A stretch of DNA of 29,386 bases. Source: an uncultured Verrucomicrobiota bacterium. Lineage in GTDB: Bacteria > Verrucomicrobiota > Verrucomicrobiia > Limisphaerales > PALSA-1396. Of this stretch, positions 18,315 through 25,976 are shown one piece after another. Location of the stretch: assembly GCA_964651015.1 (NCBI GenBank), contig CAZYYS010000023.1, positions 1 through 29,386 of the forward strand. Reading direction: 5' to 3'. The position numbers and the translations under genes were made by a program. How positions within the stretch are numbered: position 1 is the first letter of the stretch; each line of letters opens with the position of its first letter. A model generated the notes under the pieces. That model made no database searches. It saw only the letters and a list, made by a program, of their open reading frames with translations, and was not told where the DNA came from.

Positions 18315-19271
18315 ATGGCCAAATCAAACCTCGAAAGGAAAGTCGGTTTATTCGTCGCCATCGGCCTGGTCTTGCTGGCGGTCTTGCTTCTGCAATTCAG
18401 CAAAGGGACGACCTTCTTCCGGTCCACTTACGAGCTCCGTCTGAAGACCAGTAACGTCGGCGGTATCAAAGCGCGGGCAAGCGTCCTGATGTCCGGCGTG
18501 CCGGTGGGCAGCGTGTCGCGAATCGAGCTGGCACCCGACGGTAAGACCGTGACAATTTTTCTGAGGATTTACGGTGACTTCGAAATTCATCGCGATGCTC
18601 GGTTCGTGATCGAGCAATCCGGATTTCTGGGCGATCAATACGTGAGCATTGTCCCGGGCGAAAACAAAGCGCCGCTTTTAGGAGATCAGGATGAAGTGGT
18701 ATCCCCCGAACCATTCAATATGCAAGAAGTCGCGCGCGCGGCGGCCGGTTTCATCAAGCGCATCGACGAAACGGCGCGAAAACTCAACGACGCAATCGAG
18801 CGTGTTGACCGGCTCGTGCTCAACGAGGAAACCCTTACCAACCTCTCAGTCACGGCGGGGAATTTTCGCCTCGTCTCTGAGCGGACACTGACCACGATTG
18901 ACACTGTGAATGAGTTTATCGAGACGAACCAGGCCGATGTCGTCGCCTCAGTAAGCAACGTGTTTCATTTCTCCGAGCAGGTCAATCTTGTGGCCGAAGA
19001 TTTTCAAAACCTTTTGGCGACCAACGGCGTTACGGTTTCCGCCGCCGCGAAAAACCTCGAGTCGTCTTCGTTGATGTTGAAAGAGATTTTGGAAGATTTG
19101 CGGGCGGGCAAAGGCCTTGCGGGTGGCCTGCTCAGCGATGAACAACTCAAGAACCATGTTTCTCTGCTGGCCAGCAACCTGATGGTCACCAGCAGCAATC
19201 TGAACCGCCTCGGACTTTGGGGCATACTTTGGAAACCCAAACAACCCAAGACGGAGTCACGCGGAAAATGA
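18315..19271 (+). CDS. mlaD: MlaD-like MCE-domain periplasmic substrate-binding protein with an N-terminal TM anchor and extended coiled C-terminus
   Basis: TM anchor VGLFVAIGLVLLAVLLL. MCE core (VGGIKARASVLMSGVPVGSVSRIEL ... VIEQSGFLGDQYVSIVPG). The start lies 1 nt after the mlaF stop. Confidence 0.85.
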   Translation: MAKSNLERKVGLFVAIGLVLLAVLLLQFSKGTTFFRSTYELRLKTSNVGGIKARASVLMSGVPVGSVSRIELAPDGKTVTIFLRIYGDFEIHRDARFVIEQSGFLGDQYVSIVPGENKAPLLGDQDEVVSPEPFNMQEVARAAAGFIKRIDETARKLNDAIERVDRLVLNEETLTNLSVTAGNFRLVSERTLTTIDTVNEFIETNQADVVASVSNVFHFSEQVNLVAEDFQNLLATNGVTVSAAAKNLESSSLMLKEILEDLRAGKGLAGGLLSDEQLKNHVSLLASNLMVTSSNLNRLGLWGILWKPKQPKTESRGK

Positions 19272-19308
19272 AACCTCTCGTTGCCAGAACAATTCTTCCA
19301 GGGAATCT

Positions 19309-20052
19309 ATGACATTGAGGGTCATCCGTGTTCTGTTTCTGCTCTTGTGCACCATCGCCGGGTACGCGGTCACTCAGGTGCGACCCGAATTCATCAGCAA
19401 CGGCCCGGTGGGAGCGGCCATTGGCTTCGGTTTTGGAGCGGTGCTGATCGGCATCGACGAGCTCATGAAGGGCTTCTCCTTACAAGCCTTCTCCGCCACG
19501 TCATTTGGCCTTCTGCTGGGCACCATCATCGCGTTGTTGATCGACAACTCCGGCTTGTTCGAATACGTGGAGGAAAAAACCACGCGCTGGATCATCCGCC
19601 TCGGCGTGTTTCTCACTTTTAGTTACATCGGCATCGTGCTGGCGACCCGCAGCAATAAGGAGGATTTCTCGCTCATCATCCCCTACGTTCGCTTCTCCCC
19701 GCAGAACAAGCCTGATAACCTGCTCTTGCTCGATACGAGCGTGATCATTGATGGCCGGATTGCCGACCTGATCGAGGCGAATTTCCTGGAGGGCCTGATC
19801 GTCGTCCCGCGCTTTGTCTTGAAGGAACTTCAACACATCGCCGACTCCGATGACCCCATTCGCCGGGCCCGCGGACGGCGCGGGTTGGAAATGTTGAACC
19901 GCATCCAGCGCAACACCAAGAACGAGGTCAAAATCCATGACGGCGATTTTCCGGACGAACCGGAAGTCGATAGCAAACTGGTGCGCCTCGCCCGCAACCT
20001 GAAGGCGAAACTATTCACCAATGACTACAACCTCGGCAAGATCGCTGAATAG
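19309..20052 (+). CDS. YacL-like membrane-anchored PIN-domain protein, N-terminal part, ending at an in-frame TAG
   Basis: Four N-terminal TM helices followed by a PIN domain (LLLLDTSVIIDGRIADLIE ... FTNDYNLGKIAE). The ORF ends at TAG 20050-20052, and the same frame continues into a TRAM domain. Confidence 0.7.
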   Translation: MTLRVIRVLFLLLCTIAGYAVTQVRPEFISNGPVGAAIGFGFGAVLIGIDELMKGFSLQAFSATSFGLLLGTIIALLIDNSGLFEYVEEKTTRWIIRLGVFLTFSYIGIVLATRSNKEDFSLIIPYVRFSPQNKPDNLLLLDTSVIIDGRIADLIEANFLEGLIVVPRFVLKELQHIADSDDPIRRARGRRGLEMLNRIQRNTKNEVKIHDGDFPDEPEVDSKLVRLARNLKAKLFTNDYNLGKIAE

Positions 20053-20067
20053 CAATCGGTCAGCTAC

Positions 20068-20319
20068 GTGAATCTCCACGAGCTATCGAAAATGCTCAAG
20101 TCGGTTATTCTGCCCGGTGAATTGCTTTCACTGCGGATCGTGCGCGAAGGCAAGGACAAGGGTCAGGGAGTCGGCTACCTGGGCGATGGCACGATGGTTG
20201 TGGTCAATCAAGCGCAAAGCCTGATCGGCCAGCAGGCGCAAGTGCAGGTGCAAAGCCTGCTCCAGACCGGCGCCGGTGTCATTGTATTCGCCGACCTCAA
20301 AACTCATGTGGCCGCCTGA
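20068..20319 (+). CDS. TRAM-domain segment: C-terminal part of the YacL-like PIN-TRAM protein, in the same frame as 19309-20052 and separated from it only by one TAG
   Basis: VILPGELLSLRIVREGKDKGQGVGYLGDGTMVVVNQA ... AGVIVFADL is a TRAM fold motif. Possible own starts are GTG 20068 or ATG 20092. Confidence 0.55.
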   Translation: MNLHELSKMLKSVILPGELLSLRIVREGKDKGQGVGYLGDGTMVVVNQAQSLIGQQAQVQVQSLLQTGAGVIVFADLKTHVAA

Positions 20320-20342
20320 GCCAATTTTCTCCACCCGCATTT

Positions 20343-20567
20343 ATGCCACTCGTGACCATCTTCAAAGCCTTCAACCCGGCGGATGCGCAATTGGTCCGTT
20401 CGCAACTCGAAGCCGCCGGCTTTCAAGCAATCGTGGCGGATGAACTCGCGGCGTTGAGCATGGATGGGTACGGCATGGCCATTGGCGGCATCCGCGTACA
20501 GGTTCCAGTCGAAGAGGCCGAGGAAGCCAAAGCCTTTCTCACCGCCGGCAACGAATCATCGGAATGA
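20343..20567 (+). CDS. DUF2007-like small protein (putative signal-transducing protein family)
   Basis: 74 aa (MPLVTIFKAFNPADAQLVRSQLEAAGFQAIVADE ... GIRVQVPVEEAEEAKAFL). ATGA-coupled to the downstream oxidase gene. Confidence 0.55.
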   Translation: MPLVTIFKAFNPADAQLVRSQLEAAGFQAIVADELAALSMDGYGMAIGGIRVQVPVEEAEEAKAFLTAGNESSE

Positions 20568-21943
20568 AACCTCATTGGCTCAAATCACTTGCCCGACTTC
20601 AAAAACTCCTTCCTGCCGGCGAAATTTGTTTCGACGAATCCACCCGCGAACAACATGCCGGCGACAAATGGTTTGCCGCCCACCCACCAGACGCCGTCGC
20701 CCTTCCGCGCAGCACAAAGTCCGTCGCCACGCTGCTTCGCTTTGCGGACAAGCACAGGATTCCGGTAACCGCTCGCGGTGCTGGCTACGGTTATGTAGGC
20801 GGCTGTGTGCCGTCGCGAGGAGGCATCGCGCTTTCCCTGGCGCGCATGAATCGGATCAAGGAAATCCACGCCGACGATTTCGTGGCCATCGTCGAGCCTG
20901 GTGTCATCACGCTACACTTGCAGGAAGCAGTCGAAAAACGGGGATTGTATTATCCGCCGGACCCGGCCAGCCGCGCCGATTGCACGCTCGGCGGCAACAT
21001 CGCCACCAACGCCGGCGGGCCGCGTTGCTTGAAATACGGCGTCACCCGCGATTACGTGTTGGGATTGGAAGTGGTCCTGGCGGATGGTTCGGTGGTTCGC
21101 TTGGGCAGCCGCACGCACAAAAACAAAACCGGCTTTGATTTCACGCGGCTGTTTGTCGGTTCGGAAGGTTTGCTGGGAGTGGTAACGGAAGCCACGCTGA
21201 AGCTTATTCCCCTGCCCCCGTTTCGCGCGTGTCTCGCCATCGGCTTCGCCGATATGAAGGCCGCCGTCCGGACCATTCGCGCCATTTTTCGGGCTGGCTT
21301 CCTGCCGTGCGCGCTTGAGCTTGCGGATTCTTTCACGCTGGCGGCTGCCCGCAAGCGGACGGGCAGCCGGCGACTTAACGGATGTCAGGCCCATCTCATC
21401 GTGGAATTGGACGGACAGGAACGCTCTGTCCGCAATGAGCTTCGGGTCCTGGAAAAAGTTATCCGCCGCCAGCGTCCTTTGTTCGTGCAACGCGCATTCG
21501 GTGCAGCCGGATGCGAAACCATCTGGCAACTCCGACGCGAGTTTTCCTACGCGCTGCGCGACACGGGCCTGACAAAGTTGAACGAGGACATCGTTGTGCC
21601 ACGCGGACGGCTGGAGGATTTGTTCCGATTTACCGCTCGCTTGCAGAAGAAACACAAGCTACCGGTGGCCTGCTTTGGTCACGCCGGTGATGGGAACATT
21701 CATGTCAACGTGATGGCTGATTTCACCCAAGCGAACGCCCAGGCGCGTTGCGATGATGCCTTGGACGAACTGTTCCGCCAGATTCTCGCCTGGGGCGGCG
21801 TCATCACCGGCGAACACGGAATTGGTCTCGCGAAGAAACCGTGGTGGCCATTGGCTGCTTCAGCAGAATTGCGCTCCCTCCATCAAACCGTCAAAACAGC
21901 GCTCGATCCGCGCCACATCTTGAATCCCGGAAAATTCATTTAG
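20564..21943 (+). CDS. FAD-linked oxidase (GlcD / D-lactate dehydrogenase-like, FAD_binding_4 plus FAD-oxidase_C)
   Basis: RGAGYGYVGGCVP, GGNIATNAGGPRCLKYGVTRDYVLGLEVVLADGSVV, FVGSEGLLGVVTEATLKLIP and C-terminal HGIGLAKK motifs. TAG stop. Confidence 0.9.
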   Translation: MKPHWLKSLARLQKLLPAGEICFDESTREQHAGDKWFAAHPPDAVALPRSTKSVATLLRFADKHRIPVTARGAGYGYVGGCVPSRGGIALSLARMNRIKEIHADDFVAIVEPGVITLHLQEAVEKRGLYYPPDPASRADCTLGGNIATNAGGPRCLKYGVTRDYVLGLEVVLADGSVVRLGSRTHKNKTGFDFTRLFVGSEGLLGVVTEATLKLIPLPPFRACLAIGFADMKAAVRTIRAIFRAGFLPCALELADSFTLAAARKRTGSRRLNGCQAHLIVELDGQERSVRNELRVLEKVIRRQRPLFVQRAFGAAGCETIWQLRREFSYALRDTGLTKLNEDIVVPRGRLEDLFRFTARLQKKHKLPVACFGHAGDGNIHVNVMADFTQANAQARCDDALDELFRQILAWGGVITGEHGIGLAKKPWWPLAASAELRSLHQTVKTALDPRHILNPGKFI

Positions 21944-22307
21944 AACCGTGCGAAATGTTCGTCAGAAATACAATCCTCTCAGCCGGCTTGTTTGTTAATC
22001 GACAAGCAAACGGCGAGCTAACTCGCGGCGCGATTTATCACGTCCAGATGGCGCGGACGCGACGACCGGGGCCAGCAACGAGACAAAACTCATCTGTGTC
22101 AAAAGTGAGGCCCCCGTTACGACAGGAACGAATCACTTCTTTAACGCCGCCCGCGAAACCGGAAAAAGACAAAAACGGCTTTTAAGAAAAGGCTTGTCTG
22201 CCCCAACGACTTTTTCCGTGACCCCTTTATGAACTGGTCGTAAGGACACACGCTTGGAACGGATTTTTGGAGTAATATGCCGTAGGCGAGCGCACCATGT
22301 GGAAGAT

Positions 22308-22667
22308 ATGCTGAAAAAGACACTACTTGTTATCATTGTCGGAGTGGTGGTGTTCGCAGTCGTTCGCTGGGTGTCAGTAGGCATTCGCTCACAAAGTGCA
22401 AATATAGGGAAGAGGCCCTGTGTGAAGAATCTCTGGATTATTCAGGGTTCTAAAGAATCGTGGGCTCATGGCTATGGAAGAACAACTAATGATACTCCGA
22501 CTTGGGACGACCTCAAAAGTGACCTTGAAATGAGCTCAGGCCTCTATGGTTGGACAAATAATAAGCCAATTTGTCCAGAAGGTGGAAATTACACGATAGG
22601 GCGAGTACGTGAACTCCCAACGTGTTCGATTGGTGGGCCACGTCACACCTATCGATGGCCCCCATAA
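22308..22667 (+). CDS. small pilin/pseudopilin-like protein (N-terminal hydrophobic helix, DUF1559-like C-x-NL core, C-terminal Cys pair) in a low-GC islet
   Basis: ATG at 22308 preceded by GGAAGA; the ORF track starts at TTG 22254. MLKKTLLVIIVGVVVFAVV helix, then KRPCVKNLWIIQGSKESWAHGYG (compare [21 protein letters not shown] in the 2980 gene). C-terminal ICPEGGNYTIGRVRELPTCSIGG resembles a pilin disulfide loop. Local GC is about 45% versus 55-60% in the flanks. Confidence 0.5.
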   Translation: MLKKTLLVIIVGVVVFAVVRWVSVGIRSQSANIGKRPCVKNLWIIQGSKESWAHGYGRTTNDTPTWDDLKSDLEMSSGLYGWTNNKPICPEGGNYTIGRVRELPTCSIGGPRHTYRWPP

Positions 22668-22961
22668 AGATTTATTGTTTGAACTCGACGCGCCGACATA
22701 GCACCCAAGTTGCCAATGCAATTTGAACGCCGAAACAGCTTCTCGGGTGCGAACACCTCTCAACGAGGGAAAGATCAGCTACTCCAACACAACGTCCCAG
22801 CCCCATGCCAGCCTCGGAGGGTTGTCTTGGTCAACCAGGGACGTGGTTTGGCGGATCCGTCTCACCCTTACGCCCCCAGTTTGCTTTTGTTCATAATGCA
22901 AGTAACCACCACTACCGCTTTCTTCTCGACTCCCTGAGTTCGATTCTTAACAAATAGATCA

Positions 22962-23987
22962 GTGCCTGTCTGCGTCATCTTCAACCCAACTGCCAAAGGC
23001 GAGAAAGCCCTGCGATTCCGTCATTATCTCGATTCCATCGGCAACGAATGCACGTTAAAATTGACCGGCGCGATCGGTGATGCGCGGCGGCTGGCGGCAG
23101 AAGCCGTGCGTGAGAATTTCGACACCATCGTCGCAGCCGGCGGGGACGGCACATTGAACGAAGTGCTCAACGGCATCGGCGATGAACCGCACGGCTTTGA
23201 GCGCGTCCGGCTGGGGCTCCTGCCGTTGGGAACGGTCAATGTATTCGCAAAGGAACTTCGCATCCCCATCAAAACCGAGCTTGCATGGCAAACGATACGC
23301 CAAGGAAAGAAGACATTGATTGATCTGCCCACGGTGGAATACGAATCGAACGGCTCGCGCGATCGTCGCTACTTTGCCCAATTGGCTGGCGCCGGCCTGG
23401 ATGCGCGCGCCATTGAACTGGTCAGTTGGCAGTTGAAGAAAAAGTTGGGCCCGCTGGCTTATGTGGTCGCCGGGCTAAAAGCATTGCTCGCTAAGCAGGC
23501 ACAAGTCACAGCCACCGATGCCGCGAATAGAACGGTTGCCAAAGCACATTCACGAAAAGAAACCGAAGCCTCCCTCACCCGGACTTCGGCCACCCTCTCC
23601 CCATCCGATGGGGAGAGGGATGGGGTGAGGGGCCTTCCGGAAATGAATTCCGACAAACAGTATAACACCACCGGCGAACTGGTTTTGATCGGGAACGGAC
23701 GGTTCTACGGCGGAAGGTTCGCCATTTTTCCAGAGGCGAATCCGCGCGATGGCGTGCTGGACGTCTGCGTTTTCCCGCGCGCCAACTGGTGGACGCTGCT
23801 CCGGTGCGCACTGCCGTTGTTAACGCGCGGTCTGCTACCAGCAAAAGCTGTCCAGCGGTTCCGTTCCTCCCGGTTCACGCTTACGGCGGCTTCCCGGACG
23901 GCTTTGGAATTGGATGGAGAACTGATCGGGCATCTGCCAGCTACATTTTCACTGGCCGATCAAAAATTGCGCGTGCTCGTGCCGTGA
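22962..23987 (+). CDS. diacylglycerol-kinase-family lipid kinase (YegS/BmrU-like) carrying an inserted segment that contains a palindromic repeat element
   Basis: GTG start. DAGK_cat motifs (VIFNPTAKGEKA, IVAAGGDGTLNEVLNGI, LGLLPLGTVNVFAKEL) and the C-terminal accessory region (GNGRFYGGRFAIFPEANPRDGVLDVCVF). About 40 extra residues (ATDAANRTVAKAHSRKETEASLTRTSATLSPSDGERDGVRGLPEMNSDKQ) fall between the two conserved regions. Confidence 0.85.
   Translation: MPVCVIFNPTAKGEKALRFRHYLDSIGNECTLKLTGAIGDARRLAAEAVRENFDTIVAAGGDGTLNEVLNGIGDEPHGFERVRLGLLPLGTVNVFAKELRIPIKTELAWQTIRQGKKTLIDLPTVEYESNGSRDRRYFAQLAGAGLDARAIELVSWQLKKKLGPLAYVVAGLKALLAKQAQVTATDAANRTVAKAHSRKETEASLTRTSATLSPSDGERDGVRGLPEMNSDKQYNTTGELVLIGNGRFYGGRFAIFPEANPRDGVLDVCVFPRANWWTLLRCALPLLTRGLLPAKAVQRFRSSRFTLTAASRTALELDGELIGHLPATFSLADQKLRVLVP
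23572..23631. repeat. nested palindromic element: 13-bp perfect arms CCCTCTCCCCATC / GATGGGGAGAGGG around a single central C (23593-23619), enclosed by 9-bp outer arms CCCTCACCC (23572-23580) / GGGTGAGGG (23623-23631). It lies inside the lipid kinase coding frame.
   Basis: Read directly from the sequence. Both strands translate to SPSDGER, a signature of a palindrome in coding DNA. Confidence 0.75.
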
Positions 23988-24066
23988 CGCGGGTTTCGAC
24001 GCGCGAAGTTTCGTTGCACACATTCTCCTGCTCCACTAGCTTGGCGACTGAACGTTTTGCATTCTC

Positions 24067-25218
24067 ATGCCTCGCACACGCGAACAACTGGAACAGATCG
24101 AACGGCAAGTCCTCGCACCGTACGCCCAATTCAGCGCGGATACCCGGGGCCGCATCCACCGGGAATCACCACCCAAGTGGCGCACCCAGTATCAGCGCGA
24201 CCGCGATCGCGTCATTCACTCACGCGCGTTCCGTCGGCTCGAATACAAGACGCAGGTTTTTCTGAACGGCACAGGTGATCATCTGCGAACGCGGCTGACC
24301 CACACGATGGAAGTCGCCGCCATCGCCCGCAATATCGCCCGCGCCCTGAAGTTGAACGAAGATCTCGCAGAGACGATTGCTCTCGCGCATGACCTGGGAC
24401 ATTCGCCTTTCGGCCACAAGGGCGAGATGGTTTTGGACAAGCTGATGAAAGACCACGGCGGCTTCGAACACAATCGCCAGAGTCTGCGCGTTGTCGAAGA
24501 ATTGGAGCAAAAATATCCCGGCTTTTCCGGCTTGAACCTGACTTGGGAAGTTCGTGAAGGTTTGGCCAAGCATTACACCAGCTACGATCATCCCGGGAAG
24601 CGTAAAGGTTTCGGGGCGAAATCTTCGTCGCTGGAAGCGCAGGTTGCGAACTTGTCAGACGAAATAACTTACTACAGTCACGATCTCGACGATGGGTTGG
24701 ATTGCGAGTTGTTGTCGGAAAAGGAATTGAGCCGGGATGTTCGCATCTGGCATGACGCCACGCGCAAGGTGAAGAAGGAACACGGCGACCTGCCGGACGA
24801 GTGCCGCCGCTATTTCATCATCCGTTGTATCATTGATGAACAGGTCACTGATGTCGTTGAATATACCGAGCAACGAATTCTCGACACGGGTGTCAAGACG
24901 GCCGACGACGTGCGCCTCCAATCCAAAGCCCTCGTGCAGTACAGCCCAAAACGAGGGAGGTTGAACCTGGAGTTGCGCGATTATCTTTACAAGAATCTCT
25001 ATTTCAACCCGGTCGTCCATGAGCCGAACGTGCGCGCCGGGCGGATGCTGGAGGAGCTTTTCAATTATTACCTTGCACACCCGAAGGAAATTGGCGGACA
25101 GGCGCAAAAGCGGGTTCGCCGAGCCGGTCACTATCGTGCCATCTGCGACTACATCGCCGGCATGACTGACCGCTACACCATCCTGGAGCACCAGCGTTTC
25201 TTTGGACTGAAAATTTGA
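24067..25218 (+). CDS. dGTP triphosphohydrolase-like HD-domain phosphohydrolase
   Basis: HD motif (LTHTMEVAAIARNIARAL ... ALAHDLGHSPFGH) and Dgt-family C-terminal region (ICDYIAGMTDRY). TGA stop. Confidence 0.9.
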   Translation: MPRTREQLEQIERQVLAPYAQFSADTRGRIHRESPPKWRTQYQRDRDRVIHSRAFRRLEYKTQVFLNGTGDHLRTRLTHTMEVAAIARNIARALKLNEDLAETIALAHDLGHSPFGHKGEMVLDKLMKDHGGFEHNRQSLRVVEELEQKYPGFSGLNLTWEVREGLAKHYTSYDHPGKRKGFGAKSSSLEAQVANLSDEITYYSHDLDDGLDCELLSEKELSRDVRIWHDATRKVKKEHGDLPDECRRYFIIRCIIDEQVTDVVEYTEQRILDTGVKTADDVRLQSKALVQYSPKRGRLNLELRDYLYKNLYFNPVVHEPNVRAGRMLEELFNYYLAHPKEIGGQAQKRVRRAGHYRAICDYIAGMTDRYTILEHQRFFGLKI

Positions 25219-25230
25219 GACGCCTGGCTT

Positions 25231-25509
25231 TTACTGGTTTGGGCGCGGTTTGATGGTGAGTTTCCCATCCTTCACTTCGATGCTTTCGATTTTGCGGAGC
25301 GACTCGGCATTCTTCGGATCGCGATAGGCATCCTTCGCCAGGTTCTCATTTCTCAGTTGCGACATGAACGGTTCGGGCAAAGGCTTTCCCTTCACTTCAA
25401 TCGAATGGGCCGTCACAATCAGAACGCCGTTTTCCAGCGAAGCTTTGAAGGACGCGGCACCGTTGAGATACCGCCCTTTGACAAACGGAAGATGCAGAGG
25501 AATGCTCAC
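25231..25509 (-). CDS. continuation segment of the same hypothetical protein (92 aa), same frame, beginning GTG directly after the TAG
   Basis: VSIPLHLPFVKGRYLNGAASFKASLENGVLIVTAHSIEVKGKP ... continues in the same beta-rich style. TAA stop at 25231-25233. Confidence 0.45.
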   Translation of the reverse strand: MSIPLHLPFVKGRYLNGAASFKASLENGVLIVTAHSIEVKGKPLPEPFMSQLRNENLAKDAYRDPKNAESLRKIESIEVKDGKLTIKPRPNQ

Positions 25510-25890
25510 CTACCCTTTGATCTGGTCGCCTTCGAGGGATACATGGAGCTTGTCGCTCAACTGTTTCGCTTCCGGCTTGTTCGCAATCAAGGCGTTGATC
25601 TCGTCCCCGCTCAAAACCAGGATCGCCCCTTCCTTCGGCTTGTCCAAAGCTTCCTTGAACGTCGCGACCCGTTTTTCCAGTGCCTCAAACTCCGCCGCGG
25701 GCATTTCCACCTTCGGCAACACCATGGGACTGGTGTCTGTGTACGTGTTGAGCACGTTTTTGACGTATTGGATGGCGAGGACGGCCATGATGCCGGCGAT
25801 CACCAAAATTACAATCCCGGTCAGGCAACCGTAGAATAAGCAACCACGGCCTTTTTTTCCCCCAGGGGCGGGCGTTTGTTCGTAGGTCAT
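25510..25890 (-). CDS. TM-anchored hypothetical protein, N-terminal part, ending at an in-frame TAG
   Basis: ATG at 25890. TM helix LTGIVILVIAGIMAVLAIQYV, then a charged soluble region. Stop TAG at 25510-25512 is followed immediately in the same frame by GTG at 25509. Confidence 0.5.
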   Translation of the reverse strand: MTYEQTPAPGGKKGRGCLFYGCLTGIVILVIAGIMAVLAIQYVKNVLNTYTDTSPMVLPKVEMPAAEFEALEKRVATFKEALDKPKEGAILVLSGDEINALIANKPEAKQLSDKLHVSLEGDQIKG

Positions 25891-25976
25891 AGATTTGTTC
25901 TGATGTTAAATGCCGCTGTGCAAAGTTTGATGATCCAGCCCATCGCCATGGCTCGATTTGAGAAACGTCGGGTAAA

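Noticed and set aside
19309-20052. PIN domain as a VapC-type toxin of a toxin-antitoxin pair
   Set aside because: The architecture (four TM helices, PIN, TRAM) is the housekeeping YacL type. There is no small upstream antitoxin gene, and the gene is embedded in an operon.
20464-21655. ORFs 20464-21138 (+, alternative frame) and 20912-21655 (-) over the GlcD-like gene
   Set aside because: Out-of-frame or antisense, Arg-rich. The FAD-oxidase frame has clear family motifs.
23459-23671. Minus-strand 70-aa ORF encoding ...LTPSLSPSDGERVAEVRVRE...
   Set aside because: Artefact of translating the palindromic element on the opposite strand; it lies fully inside the lipid kinase CDS.
24655-25191. 178-aa minus-strand ORF inside the dGTPase-like gene
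   Set aside because: Antisense to a well-supported HD-domain CDS.
19309-25890. Pyrrolysine (UAG) recoding as the explanation for the two internal TAG codons
   Set aside because: TAG also terminates three well-defined genes here (giant protein, ABC exporter, GlcD-like). No pyl genes are in the window and Pyl is not known in this lineage. Kept only as a remote possibility to test.
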